From NCBI GenBank assembly GCA_963664115.2, contig CAXWPJ010000010.1, forward strand, positions 128,001-192,000: a stretch of DNA of 64,000 nucleotides, written 5' to 3'. This document shows positions 28,251 through 38,357 of this stretch, piece by piece; position 1 is the first letter of the stretch, and each line of letters starts with the position of its first letter. The notes under the pieces were generated by a model, which worked only from the letters and a program-made list of their open reading frames with translations, was not told the DNA's origin and made no database searches. The stretch is from Terriglobia bacterium (GTDB lineage: Bacteria; Acidobacteriota; Terriglobia; 20CM-2-55-15). Both the position numbers and the translations under genes were made by a program.

Positions 28251-29945
28251 TTAGTCGCGTCCGGTACCATCGAGGAAGGCTCGCAGCCTCCGACTCCGGC
28301 TGGGATGCCGCAACTTTCTGAGCGCCTTGGCTTCGATCTGCCGAATCCGCTCGCGTGTCACGGCGAAGTTCTGTCCCACTTCTTCCAAGGTGTGCTCGGT
28401 ACCGTCTTCCAGCCCGAACCGCATCTTGATCACCCGCTCTTCGCGCGGCGTGAGCGTGTTCAGAACCTGTTCGGTCATTTCCTTCAGGTTGACGTTGATG
28501 ACGGCGTCGGATGGAGACACGACACCCCGGTCCTCGATGAAGTCACCTAAATGCGAATCTTCCTCTTCGCCGATTGGCGTCTCCAGGGAAATCGGTTCCT
28601 GGGCGATCTTTCGAACCTTCCGCACCTTGGATACGTCGATGTCCATCCGCTCGGCGATCTCTTCACTGGTCGGTTCCCTTCCCAGTTCCTGGACCAGCGC
28701 ACGCGACGTCCGAATCAACTTGTTAATGGTCTCGATCATATGGACCGGAATCCGGATCGTTCTCGCCTGATCGGCAATGGCGCGGGTGATCGCCTGCCGG
28801 ATCCACCACGTTGCATACGTCGAAAACTTATAGCCTCGCCGGTACTCGAACTTATCGACGGCTTTCATCAAACCGATGTTGCCTTCCTGAATCAGGTCCA
28901 GAAACTGTAAACCACGATTCGTGTACTTCTTGGCAATGGATACGACCAGCCTCAGATTGGCTTCGACGAGTTCCCGCTTTGCATTCTCCGCCTCGATCTG
29001 GCCGCGAACAACGGTCTGCAGGGTCCGCCGCACCTCCAGGACCGTCGTTTTGTTTTCTTCCTCGAAGGCTTTAAGTTTCTGCTTTACCGCACGGATTTCC
29101 TTCTGGACGTTCTTACGATAGTCCTTCTTCGTATGATCGGCCTTCCGTTGCAACCGGGCCAGCTCGCGTTCGAGCGGCCGGACTGTACCGACAGCTTCAC
29201 GTATGAGGACAATCAAGGTTATCTTCTGATTTATCGAATAGGCCAAGCTCCGAACAAGAACGGACAACTTCACCCGATGCCGTCCGAGTTTCCACCGGGC
29301 CTTCCTGTGTTCTTTCGGCTTTCGCGATTTTGGAATGGAACCCAGCGTGTTCGTCCGACGATATCCCTTGCCGATCTTGACAATGGTTTCGACCGTTTCA
29401 GCGTGCTTCGCTTCTATTCTTTCCTCGGTAAGATCGTCCTCTTTGAACAGAATGATATCTTTGATGATGCTGGGGTCCTTCTTGAGCTCATCGCCCACGC
29501 TCATGATGTGTCGAATGACAATCGGTGAGCGCGACACAGCCTGGAGTACCCTCAACTGTCCCCGCTCTATCCTCTTCGCGATCTCCACTTCTCCGTCACG
29601 CGTCAGCAACGGCACCGTACCCATTTCCCGGAGATACATTCGAACCGGATCGTTGGTTTTCTCCAGGGCGCCTGGAGTCAGATCCAGTTCGACGGTGGCG
29701 GGTTTAGCCGCACCCTCCGCCTTCTTGTCGCGGGCGCTCTTGTCTGTAGCGAAAGACTGGTCTTCGGTCTCGACGACTTCGATTCCGACGTTACTGAAGG
29801 CAACGAACAGTTCCTCCAGGTCCTCGGCGGACGCGGTGACCTCAGGAGGAAGCATCCTGCTGACTTCGTCATAGAGCAGGTACCCCTTCTCCTTGCCCAT
29901 GTCGATCAGCTTTTGTACTTCGTCGTACTTTTCTCCGATTTTCAT
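28251..29945 (-). CDS. rpoD: RNA polymerase sigma factor RpoD
   Basis: Region 1.1, [47 protein letters not shown]. Confidence 0.99.
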   Translation of the reverse strand: MKIGEKYDEVQKLIDMGKEKGYLLYDEVSRMLPPEVTASAEDLEELFVAFSNVGIEVVETEDQSFATDKSARDKKAEGAAKPATVELDLTPGALEKTNDPVRMYLREMGTVPLLTRDGEVEIAKRIERGQLRVLQAVSRSPIVIRHIMSVGDELKKDPSIIKDIILFKEDDLTEERIEAKHAETVETIVKIGKGYRRTNTLGSIPKSRKPKEHRKARWKLGRHRVKLSVLVRSLAYSINQKITLIVLIREAVGTVRPLERELARLQRKADHTKKDYRKNVQKEIRAVKQKLKAFEEENKTTVLEVRRTLQTVVRGQIEAENAKRELVEANLRLVVSIAKKYTNRGLQFLDLIQEGNIGLMKAVDKFEYRRGYKFSTYATWWIRQAITRAIADQARTIRIPVHMIETINKLIRTSRALVQELGREPTSEEIAERMDIDVSKVRKVRKIAQEPISLETPIGEEEDSHLGDFIEDRGVVSPSDAVINVNLKEMTEQVLNTLTPREERVIKMRFGLEDGTEHTLEEVGQNFAVTRERIRQIEAKALRKLRHPSRSRRLRAFLDGTGRD

Positions 29946-30122
29946 GATCCTCCAGGTACTAATCGTCTAATTTATGAAGCATTTATGCGTGATCGCCGCA
30001 CTCGGGAGAAAGCCTGGTTCCATGGTGAGTCACTTGGGCGCATTTCAACAAGTATTCAAAAATAGGCGCTGACGATTCATTTTCAAGAGTTTAAGTGCAA
30101 TTATTCTTTAATTCCGACGAAT

Positions 30123-31829
30123 TTATTGCTGCATGGCCTTGAGGCGTGATTTCTCCGTGACAATCGCCATTTGCCGCCGCACCAGCTCGGGTGGTGCCGC
30201 TCCAGACTTGTAAGCTTCCAGTTGCTCGCGAATCTCTCTCTCTGTTTTGACGAGATGATCTTGATAGAGTTGCCCCATCGAGACAACAGCGACTTCCGAG
30301 GAGATCTTTCCAAACGGCTCCATAGCAGCGGCCCGAACTTCCTGTTCGAGCTCCGCATCATCCAATCCATCAATAACCTGCTCAATATTCACACCGGGCG
30401 TCCGGATCAGCTTTTCGATGATGCGCCCCGCCCAAATACCCGAAAGAAACTCACCCCCCGCAAAGGGCTCAAGTGAGGCGGCAACCCCCGGATCCTGGAG
30501 CACAGCCTGAATGATCTGCTTTTCGGCCAGTGTCAGCTGCTGTTTCCGGGTGCTCGTTGCCTTCGGCGCGGTCGGCTTCCTTCCGGCCCTGAGCTGATCA
30601 ATGATCAGGTCTGCCGGCAGGCCAAGCTTCTCGCTGACGGTACGTGTAATCTCGAGTTGAACGACGCGGTCAGAAATCGTCCTCACGTAGCCAAGAATCT
30701 CGCTAAGTACCTGAGATTTCACCTCTGGTCGGGAAAGATCTGCTTCAGCCTGGGCCCGGGCTATCAGGTATTCCCAAAAATATGGCGCCTGATCCAGTTG
30801 GCGACGATAGGCTTCGGGACCTTCCTTGCGGACAAAGTCATCGGGATCCATCCCCCCCGGCAGGGTGAGTATCCGAACCGTCAAGCCCCGTTCCAGCAGG
30901 AGCTGGATAGACCTCTTGGCCGCGTTCTGGCCCGCGGCGTCAGGGTCGTAGTTGACGATCACCTCCGAAACGTAGCGCGTCAATATCCCAACCTGCTGAG
31001 CGGTCAGACTCGTTCCGCAGGATGCGACTACATTTTCTATCCCGTTTTGATGCAGGCTCAGGCAGTCGAAATAACCTTCAACGACCACCATCCGGCCCGC
31101 TTTCCGTGCTTCGTTCTTGGCCAGATGCAGGCCGTATAGGACGAACGACTTCGAGTAGAGGGGAGATTCAGGCGAATTCAGATATTTTGGCTGTCCGTCT
31201 CCGATAATTCGCCCACCAAAAGCGATCACCTTGCCTCGCTCGTTCCAGATAGGAAACATCAGGCGCCGGCGAAACCGATCGTAAACCTCGCCACTGTCGT
31301 TGCTCTGAAAGAGGCCGGAACGCAATGGGTCCTTCGGATTCAGAGTCTTCAACAAGCCGTGCGTCGGTGCATAACCCAAAGCGAAACGCTCGATGAACTC
31401 GGGCTGAATGTCGCGATCCTTGAGAATCTGGCGGGCGCCTCGCGCCTCAGTGGTGCTCAGGCGGTCGGCGAAATACCCCCCGGCCCGAGCGTAAATCTCC
31501 AAGAGGCCTTCACGCTCTTTAGCTGAAGGATCATTGTGTGTGGAAACCTTAGGCAGGGGTATGCCGCACTTTTCGGCGACAATTCGGATAGATTCCGGGA
31601 AGGTGACTCCCTCGGTCAACATTACGAATTTAAAGACGTCTCCCCCGACACCACACCCAAAACAATGGAAGATTTGCTTTTCTCCATGAACGGAAAAGGA
31701 AGGCGTTTTCTCGGAATGAAAGGGACAAAGTCCTTTCAATGCCTTACCCGTCCCCTTCAGCGTCACGTAATCAGAAATCACGCGCACGATATCGGCGGAC
31801 ATGCGGATCGATTCAGCTAAATTGCTCAT
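30123..31829 (-). CDS. dnaG: DNA primase
   Basis: CPFHSEKTPSF zinc finger, PKYLNSPES, VEGYFD, YDPDAAG, DPDDF. Confidence 0.98.
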   Translation of the reverse strand: MSNLAESIRMSADIVRVISDYVTLKGTGKALKGLCPFHSEKTPSFSVHGEKQIFHCFGCGVGGDVFKFVMLTEGVTFPESIRIVAEKCGIPLPKVSTHNDPSAKEREGLLEIYARAGGYFADRLSTTEARGARQILKDRDIQPEFIERFALGYAPTHGLLKTLNPKDPLRSGLFQSNDSGEVYDRFRRRLMFPIWNERGKVIAFGGRIIGDGQPKYLNSPESPLYSKSFVLYGLHLAKNEARKAGRMVVVEGYFDCLSLHQNGIENVVASCGTSLTAQQVGILTRYVSEVIVNYDPDAAGQNAAKRSIQLLLERGLTVRILTLPGGMDPDDFVRKEGPEAYRRQLDQAPYFWEYLIARAQAEADLSRPEVKSQVLSEILGYVRTISDRVVQLEITRTVSEKLGLPADLIIDQLRAGRKPTAPKATSTRKQQLTLAEKQIIQAVLQDPGVAASLEPFAGGEFLSGIWAGRIIEKLIRTPGVNIEQVIDGLDDAELEQEVRAAAMEPFGKISSEVAVVSMGQLYQDHLVKTEREIREQLEAYKSGAAPPELVRRQMAIVTEKSRLKAMQQ

Positions 31830-32003
31830 TTAGGGTGGCGGGCCGTCCGAAGCTTACGAGAAACAAACAATTTTACTATCGTCGGAGAAAATAGCAACAT
31901 TAGTGTCCTCTCCGCGTGGGACGAGTGAGGACACTGCGGGGTAAGTCATTAAGAGCTGGGAATACACCTGGCGGGTTTTGACCCTTAACCTACAACTTCT
32001 TCC

Positions 32004-34346
32004 TCAGTCTTTCAGAGTCACAAGCGTCGCCCCACCACCGCCCTGGTTTTGGGGCGCAAGTTCGAAGCCCGACACGTTGGGATGCGATTCCAGGAACTCG
32101 GACACCGCACGCCTGAGAACCCCCATGCCAGATCCGTGGACGATGCGAACGCTCAAAAGTCCAGTCAGGAGGGCGTCGTCCAGAAACTTGTCCAGGCGAG
32201 AGATCGCCTCCTCAGCCCTACAGCCGATCAAGTTGATTTCGGTCGAATCCATCTGCTTTTCGGAAAAATCAAAATGAACATTCCGAGGCAACTCCAGAGG
32301 CGGAGCCACTGTCTCGACGTCGTTGAAAGGACGCCTTGTTTTCATGTTGCCGACGGTCACCTCAACCTCGGAGGCCATAACCTCAGAAACCAGACCCTCA
32401 ACGCCCAACGAGAGTACACGCACCCGGGCACCGGCTCGAGGAGCTGGAGTGGCCGCTACGGAGGGCGCATCGACCGTCTCTGGCTCGACGGGCTGTTGAA
32501 CACGACGGATTTGCGCACCCGCCCGCACCCGGGCCCGATCCAGCGTTTTGTCGAAGCGTTTTCTGGCCTCGCGTCCCGCAGCGTCGAGTTCTTTGGCGGC
32601 CGCATCGCGCAGCTCACCAACAATCGTGTCCAGGCGGGCTTCGATCCGATTTCTCTCCGCGCGACGTTCCTCTTCCAGGCGGCTGCGCATACCGGCCTTC
32701 CACTCCTCAAAATCATGCCGTTCGGCCTCGAGCGCCCGCTTCTCGCCTTCCAGGCTTTTCACCCGGTCCTGGAGTTCCCGAACGTAACGGGCCGCATCCA
32801 ATTCGCTCCGGTCCAGCGAATTTCTCGCTCGTTCGATCAACTCGGACGGAAGGCGCAGCCGTTGGGCGATATCCAAACCGCTCGACTGTCCAGCCAGGCC
32901 ATCGATCAATCGGTACGTCGGTTCCAGCGTGGCCTCGTTGAACTCCATTGCTGCATTCCGGACACCATCCGTCGTCTCAGCATACATTTTGAGTCTGTTG
33001 TAGTGGGTCGACGCGAGCGTGAGCGACCCGACGCCCCGAAAATGCTCGAGGACAGCAATAGCCAGCGCCGCGCCCTCGGTCGGTTCTGTGCTCGAACCGA
33101 TTTCGTCGAGCAGGATCAAGGACCTTTCGGAGGCGGCGTCCACCATTGCCGAAACAGAAAGGACGTGAGCCGAAAACGTGCTGAGTTGGTTCGCAATCGA
33201 CTGCTGATCACCAATATCTGCCAAAACGTGATCCAGGATGGGAAGATCGGCTTTCTCGGCTGGGACGGGAATCCCGGACTGGGCCATTAGGGACAACAAT
33301 CCTATTGTTTTCAATACGATAGTCTTCCCGCCGGCATTCGGACCGCTGATAACCAGCACGCGTTCGTCAGCTTCCATCTCCAAGGTCAGTGGGACCGTCT
33401 CCCCGCCTTCGGACCGCAACCCTCGGTCCAGAATGGGGTGGCGAGCCGCGACGAGCCGAAGGGCACCATCGGAAAACTCAGGGCTTACGCAATCGAATTC
33501 CCGCCCCCAACAGGCAATGCCGAAAAGCACGTCCATTGCGGCCCTCAATCGAGCTGCGGCTCTCAAATCATCCGCGGAAGTCTGAATGCGATCCGTCAAC
33601 TCGCCCAATATTCTTTGAACCTCGCGTGCCTCCTCTTCTGCTAAACGCACGATGTCGTTGTTCATCTCGAGCGTCTCGAGGGGCTCCATGAAGACGGTGG
33701 CGCCACTGGAAGACGTCGCGTGAACGATTCCGTCGACGCTGCCCCGCTGCTCGGTTCGGATCGGAATGACGTATCGCCCATTGCGCATCGTGACCAGTTC
33801 ATCCTGGAGACGACCGGAAACTTCCTTGCTCTTCAAAATTGATTCCAGCTTGCGGTTCAATCGTCCGCGGGCTTTTTCCAGTTCGCGCCGAAGTCGCTTG
33901 AGCGTCGGGCTGTAGTCTTCGTTGATCTCTCCCCCACGAATGGCTCGACCCAGCAGGGAACGGAGGTCTTTGAGATCTGGGAAAGCCTGTCCCTTTTGAG
34001 CAAGCAAGGGGAAATCATGAGCGTCATCCTTCCATCGTGTGCGGAGGGACTCGGTTTCGGAGAGGAATTCGATAATGGCCTCAACTTCTTCGATGGCCAG
34101 GGTCACCCCGGCAAGACCGAGGCTATCCACTACGGAAGGCAGGAGGTCGATATCCCCAAACCCGAGACCGTGGTCACGCAGATACGCCATCGCTTCCCGA
34201 TTCAGGGCATGCTGCGCCTGAAGCCTGTCCTTGTCCGTCGTCGGTTTGAGGCGCTCGAGTCGGTCCCGCCCTCCCGAACTGCGGACGTAGGGCCTCAAGA
34301 GTGTCTTGAGTCTGTCGTATTCGAGGGGTTCAAGCGAAAAGTCCAT
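32004..34346 (-). CDS. mutS2: MutS2 with C-terminal Smr domain
   Basis: RNGRYVIP, SSSGATVFMEP, SGPNAGGKT, LSTFSAH, IVHGSGMGVLR; start 34346 or TTG 34361. Confidence 0.96.
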   Translation of the reverse strand: MDFSLEPLEYDRLKTLLRPYVRSSGGRDRLERLKPTTDKDRLQAQHALNREAMAYLRDHGLGFGDIDLLPSVVDSLGLAGVTLAIEEVEAIIEFLSETESLRTRWKDDAHDFPLLAQKGQAFPDLKDLRSLLGRAIRGGEINEDYSPTLKRLRRELEKARGRLNRKLESILKSKEVSGRLQDELVTMRNGRYVIPIRTEQRGSVDGIVHATSSSGATVFMEPLETLEMNNDIVRLAEEEAREVQRILGELTDRIQTSADDLRAAARLRAAMDVLFGIACWGREFDCVSPEFSDGALRLVAARHPILDRGLRSEGGETVPLTLEMEADERVLVISGPNAGGKTIVLKTIGLLSLMAQSGIPVPAEKADLPILDHVLADIGDQQSIANQLSTFSAHVLSVSAMVDAASERSLILLDEIGSSTEPTEGAALAIAVLEHFRGVGSLTLASTHYNRLKMYAETTDGVRNAAMEFNEATLEPTYRLIDGLAGQSSGLDIAQRLRLPSELIERARNSLDRSELDAARYVRELQDRVKSLEGEKRALEAERHDFEEWKAGMRSRLEEERRAERNRIEARLDTIVGELRDAAAKELDAAGREARKRFDKTLDRARVRAGAQIRRVQQPVEPETVDAPSVAATPAPRAGARVRVLSLGVEGLVSEVMASEVEVTVGNMKTRRPFNDVETVAPPLELPRNVHFDFSEKQMDSTEINLIGCRAEEAISRLDKFLDDALLTGLLSVRIVHGSGMGVLRRAVSEFLESHPNVSGFELAPQNQGGGGATLVTLKD

Positions 34347-34357
34347 CGGAATCAATA

Positions 34358-35104
34358 TCAAAGCCGATTGATCAAACTGGCGACGATGCCGGCTCCAAAG
34401 CCGTTGTCGATGTTGACCACGCTCACGTTTGCGGAACAGGAATTAAGCATTCCCAGCAACGCAGCCACGCCGCCAAAGCTTGCACCGTAACCGATGCTGG
34501 TGGGTACGGCGATCACCGGGACACCAACGAGTCCACCGACAACGCTGGGCAAGGCTCCTTCCATTCCGGCCACAACGATGAGGACACGGGCATCGGTCAA
34601 TCGGTCCCGCCGGTCCAAGAGCCGATGCAAACCCGCAACCCCCACGTCATAAAGCGAATCGACCGTGTTACCCATCACCTCGAGAGTCACGACCGCTTCC
34701 TCAGCTACGGGGATATCGGAGGTGCCCGCCGAAAGAACCAGGACCGTTCCCTTCCCTTTCAACGACGCATCCTTGACTATCGAAATCGCTCCGGAACCGG
34801 AATGGAAGCGGGCATCCGGCGCCAGTTCCCGAACACGCTCGTAGGCCGAGGCACTGGACCGGGTCACCAGGACGTTGTGATCCCGATCCAGCATGACACG
34901 CACGATTTCAAGTACTTGCTCGTCGGTCTTTCCGGCCCCGAACACTACCTCGGGATAACCCTGCCGGACAGAGCGATGGTGGTCGACGTTTGCAAAATCC
35001 AGATCCTCGAAGGGCAGGTTCCGAAACCGGTCGACGGCGTCACCCACGGACAGTTCGCCCTTCCGATAACTCTCAAGAACACGTTTGATTTCTGCTTCGG
35101 TCAT
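34358..35104 (-). CDS. larB: Nickel-pincer cofactor biosynthesis protein LarB (PurE-like)
   Basis: [53 protein letters not shown]. Confidence 0.93.
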   Translation of the reverse strand: MTEAEIKRVLESYRKGELSVGDAVDRFRNLPFEDLDFANVDHHRSVRQGYPEVVFGAGKTDEQVLEIVRVMLDRDHNVLVTRSSASAYERVRELAPDARFHSGSGAISIVKDASLKGKGTVLVLSAGTSDIPVAEEAVVTLEVMGNTVDSLYDVGVAGLHRLLDRRDRLTDARVLIVVAGMEGALPSVVGGLVGVPVIAVPTSIGYGASFGGVAALLGMLNSCSANVSVVNIDNGFGAGIVASLINRL

Positions 35105-35208
35105 TGGAAGAAGTGATGAGCGACACGTGACGCGTCAGGAACAAGAATCCCGCGCGTCACTTGTCACTATACCCAAAAACTACTGGCGCTCCACACTGAG
35201 GTTTGGCT

Positions 35209-36090
35209 ATGGTGAGGCTTTGGAGACAGCGCGCAGTGTGGCATAAGCTCAAGATAACACTCCAGATGATCACGTTCGAGCACACGGTGTTTGCGCTGCC
35301 GTTCGCGCTGATCGCCGCGCTCCTCGCCCAGAACGGTCTCCCCAGCGCCTGGCAGGTCTTCTGGATTGTTGCAGCGATGGTCGGCGCTCGAAGTGCGGCG
35401 ATGACCTTCAACCGGATCGTAGACCTGGACTACGACAGGGCGAATCCCAGAACCCGGGAGCGAGCCCTGCCCTCAGGCCGGCTTTCGATGAGCTTTGCAG
35501 TAATTTTCACGGCGACCATGTCCGCGTTGTTCCTGATATCTGCTGGAATGTTGAATCGGCTCTGTCTTTACCTGTCGGTGCCAACGCTCCTCGTCCTGCT
35601 GGGCTATTCCTATACGAAGCGGTTTACCTTGCTCAGCCACTTTGTCCTCGGATTCGCGATCGGACTCGCGCCAGTGGGCGCATGGCTGGCCATCAGTGGG
35701 GAGATTGCACTCTCTCCGATACTGCTGGGGTTTACGGTCATGCTGTGGATCGCTGGATTCGATCTTATCTACTCCTGTCAGGACTCGGAGTTCGACCGTC
35801 AAAGCCGATTGTTTTCGATTCCCGCGCACTGGGGTAAGCACAGAGCGCTCGTTGTGTCCTCTCTCCTGCACGTCGCAACCGTGATCGTGCTGTTCGCAAT
35901 CGCCTGGCTCAGCAACCTGGGTGCAGTCGCGTATGGCGGAATCGCGGTCGTTGCTGCGATACTGTATTGGGAACACACCATTGTTCGGCCCGATGATTTG
36001 AGCCGGATAAACGTTGCATTCTTTACCCTGAACGGATACGTCAGCCTGTTGCTGCTGGCGGCCTTCGCCATGGACATTCTGGTGTCCTGA
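35209..36090 (+). CDS. UbiA-family prenyltransferase (MqnP-like)
   Basis: FEHTVFALPF, ARSAAMTFNRIVD..YD..NPRT, YSYTKRFT, FDLIYSCQD. Confidence 0.92.
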   Translation: MVRLWRQRAVWHKLKITLQMITFEHTVFALPFALIAALLAQNGLPSAWQVFWIVAAMVGARSAAMTFNRIVDLDYDRANPRTRERALPSGRLSMSFAVIFTATMSALFLISAGMLNRLCLYLSVPTLLVLLGYSYTKRFTLLSHFVLGFAIGLAPVGAWLAISGEIALSPILLGFTVMLWIAGFDLIYSCQDSEFDRQSRLFSIPAHWGKHRALVVSSLLHVATVIVLFAIAWLSNLGAVAYGGIAVVAAILYWEHTIVRPDDLSRINVAFFTLNGYVSLLLLAAFAMDILVS

Positions 36091-36114
36091 GTCAGAGTCC
36101 AGACTGAGGTGGTC

Positions 36115-37350
36115 ATGAAACAGTTCGCGTTTACGTGTTTGATGCTCTCGGCAACCCTCGCGTTGGGACTTCAGCGAGAACCCCTGGAGCAGTACCAGGC
36201 CCGTCGGCAGCAGCTGGCTGCGGAACTCGACGGCGCGATTGTCCTCTCTGCGGCCCCCGCTGAGGATCTTGTCCAGTATCAACAGGAAGACAATTTCTAC
36301 TACCTCACAGGATTTAGGGAACCCGACTCCATTCTCTTACTCGATGCCACAAGCGACACGATGCGGGAGTTTCTTTTTATCCCTCCCCGGGATCTGGACG
36401 AAGAACGCTGGACCGGGGTCAAGCTGGGTCCGGGTTTCGAAGCGGCCGAGCAGACCGGAATTGGGGAGGTCGAAGAACTGGACGCGTTTGGAGATCGGCT
36501 CAAGGCCGTCCTCAAAATCACAAACACGGTTTATACATTGACCGATGAGGAGTCCGATCTCTCACGATTGCGTGAGGTCGCACCGAGAGCAAACTTCGAG
36601 GACATCCGATCTGCGATCGCCGCTATGCGCCAGGTCAAGGCTCCGACGGAAATCTCCTTACTGGAAAAAGCGATCGAGCTGACGATGAACGCGCATGAGG
36701 CGGCGGCCTCGATTATTCGGCCCGAGGTCATGGAATACGAGGTGGAAGCCATCATCGAATACGAGTTCCGGCAGGGTGGGGCCGAACGGCCGGCCTTCCC
36801 GTCAATCGTCGGTTCGGGCCCGTTCGCATCCATCCTCCACTACGACCGCAACGACCGGAGAATGCTTGACGGCGACCTCGTTGTGGTCGATATCGGTGCC
36901 GAGTATGGCGGCTACACGGCCGATGTTACGCGAACATACCCGGTCAACGGGAGGTTCACCGAGCGGCAGCGGGAGATATACCAGATTGTCCTGGATGCAC
37001 AGAAAGCGGCTCTCGAAAAGGTGCGGCCTGGCGCACGGACAGGCGGCGCCGATGGCATCCATGCCGCGGCCCGGGAATATATCGAATCAAAGGGCTACGG
37101 CGATTACTTCATTCATGGCACCAGCCACCATATCGGACTCCACGTTCATGACGTCGGCGACACGCGCCGCGAATTGGAACCCAACATGGTTTTGACGGTC
37201 GAACCGGGGATTTATATTCCGGACGAAAACATCGGCATACGGATTGAAGACGACGTGGTCGTAACGGAAACCGGTTACCGTATGCTTTCAGACTTCCCGC
37301 GGGAAATCGATGAGATCGAAGCGTTAATGGCACCAGGCAGTGACGAGTGA
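36115..37350 (+). CDS. pepP: Xaa-Pro aminopeptidase (M24B) with signal peptide
   Basis: FYYLTG, ILHY, VVDIGAEY.GYTADVTRT, HHIGLHVHD, TVEPGIY, GIRIEDD. Confidence 0.9.
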   Translation: MKQFAFTCLMLSATLALGLQREPLEQYQARRQQLAAELDGAIVLSAAPAEDLVQYQQEDNFYYLTGFREPDSILLLDATSDTMREFLFIPPRDLDEERWTGVKLGPGFEAAEQTGIGEVEELDAFGDRLKAVLKITNTVYTLTDEESDLSRLREVAPRANFEDIRSAIAAMRQVKAPTEISLLEKAIELTMNAHEAAASIIRPEVMEYEVEAIIEYEFRQGGAERPAFPSIVGSGPFASILHYDRNDRRMLDGDLVVVDIGAEYGGYTADVTRTYPVNGRFTERQREIYQIVLDAQKAALEKVRPGARTGGADGIHAAAREYIESKGYGDYFIHGTSHHIGLHVHDVGDTRRELEPNMVLTVEPGIYIPDENIGIRIEDDVVVTETGYRMLSDFPREIDEIEALMAPGSDE

Positions 37351-37360
37351 CAGGCAAAAC

Positions 37361-37450
37361 AGTTAAGAGTTAAGAGTGAGAAGGGCACACCCGGACGATC
37401 TGACTGATAATTCATAACGTCTTCGGTCACTTACCACTCTCAACCCATCA
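37361..37450. repeat. Degenerate heptamer-periodic inverted repeat
   Basis: AGTTAAG AGTTAAG AGTGAG ... CACTTAC CACTCTC AACCC; a similar stretch occurs at about 31940-32000. Confidence 0.4.
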
Positions 37451-37468
37451 TTTTCAGGAAGTAATTCT

Positions 37469-38032
37469 ATGATTCAATCGACCCAACTGCGCAACGGAAA
37501 CATTATCCGCATAGACAACGACCTGTTTCGCGTCGTGGGCTTTCAGCACCTGACGCCGGGCAAGGGCCATGGCTTCATGCAAACCAAACTTAAAAACCTG
37601 CGATCTGGCGCGATCGTCGAACGCCGTTTCCGTTCTGACGACACAGTTGAGAGAGCGATCCTCGACAAACGCGAAATGGAGTACCTCTACAGCGAGGGGG
37701 ATACGCATTTTTTCATGGACACCGAAACTTACGATCAGACCCACTTCATGTCTGACATCCTTGGCGACACCATGCAGTACCTGGTCGCTAACGCCAAGAT
37801 CGAAGTCGAGTTCTACGAAGAAAAAGCCGTCGGCATCGCCCTCCCCGCGACTGTCGACCTCAAGGTCGTGGAAACCGAACCGGGCATGCGCACGGCGACG
37901 GTGAGCAACGTCCTCAAACCGGCTACCACGGAGACGGGTCTCGTTGTCGGGGTGCCCCACTTTATATCCGAGGGTGAGGTTGTCCGCGTCGACACCCAGG
38001 AAGGCAAGTACGTCGAACGGGTGAGGGAATAG
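37469..38032 (+). CDS. efp: Elongation factor P
   Basis: TPGKG, KLKNLRSG, YLY, KPATTETG..V.VP.FI..G. Confidence 0.98.
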   Translation: MIQSTQLRNGNIIRIDNDLFRVVGFQHLTPGKGHGFMQTKLKNLRSGAIVERRFRSDDTVERAILDKREMEYLYSEGDTHFFMDTETYDQTHFMSDILGDTMQYLVANAKIEVEFYEEKAVGIALPATVDLKVVETEPGMRTATVSNVLKPATTETGLVVGVPHFISEGEVVRVDTQEGKYVERVRE

Positions 38033-38068
38033 GGGGGGGATCTGCTTTTTCCTATCGCAGACCAGTGA

Positions 38069-38293
38069 ACTCAGTCAGACGTTCTCGATTTAAGATTTCG
38101 CTCGGTCGTTCAATCGGCCATCCTGGCCGAACGACCGGCGACCCTCTCCATCATCCTGATGGAGAGGCGTATTGGGGGATTAAGAGACCTTGATCCGGTT
38201 CTTATGAAGACCCGCAGCGTTCCTCGCTGCGGGTGGACCCAGAGGCGGAGCCGGAGCTTTCCAGAAAAAGCTGCGCAGCCGAGGCGTCTGAGT
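38069..38293 (-). ncRNA. Unassigned structured RNA-like element, copy A (strand inferred)
   Basis: Five hairpins inside a closing stem (CAGACG/CGTCTG); homologous to 52081-52322 with covariation. Confidence 0.65.
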
Positions 38294-38357
38294 AAGAAAG
38301 ATGATCTCCGAACTCCAAGAACTATCAAGCACCGAACTTCTGACCGAAGACGCTGAA

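Noticed and set aside
34358-35104. larB without larA/C/E as a novel system
   Set aside because: Dispersed larB/C/E genes are common and the partners may lie outside the window
38033-38357. tRNA-Sec (selC) next to selA
   Set aside because: No UCA anticodon arm or T-loop; the structure is larger and duplicated elsewhere
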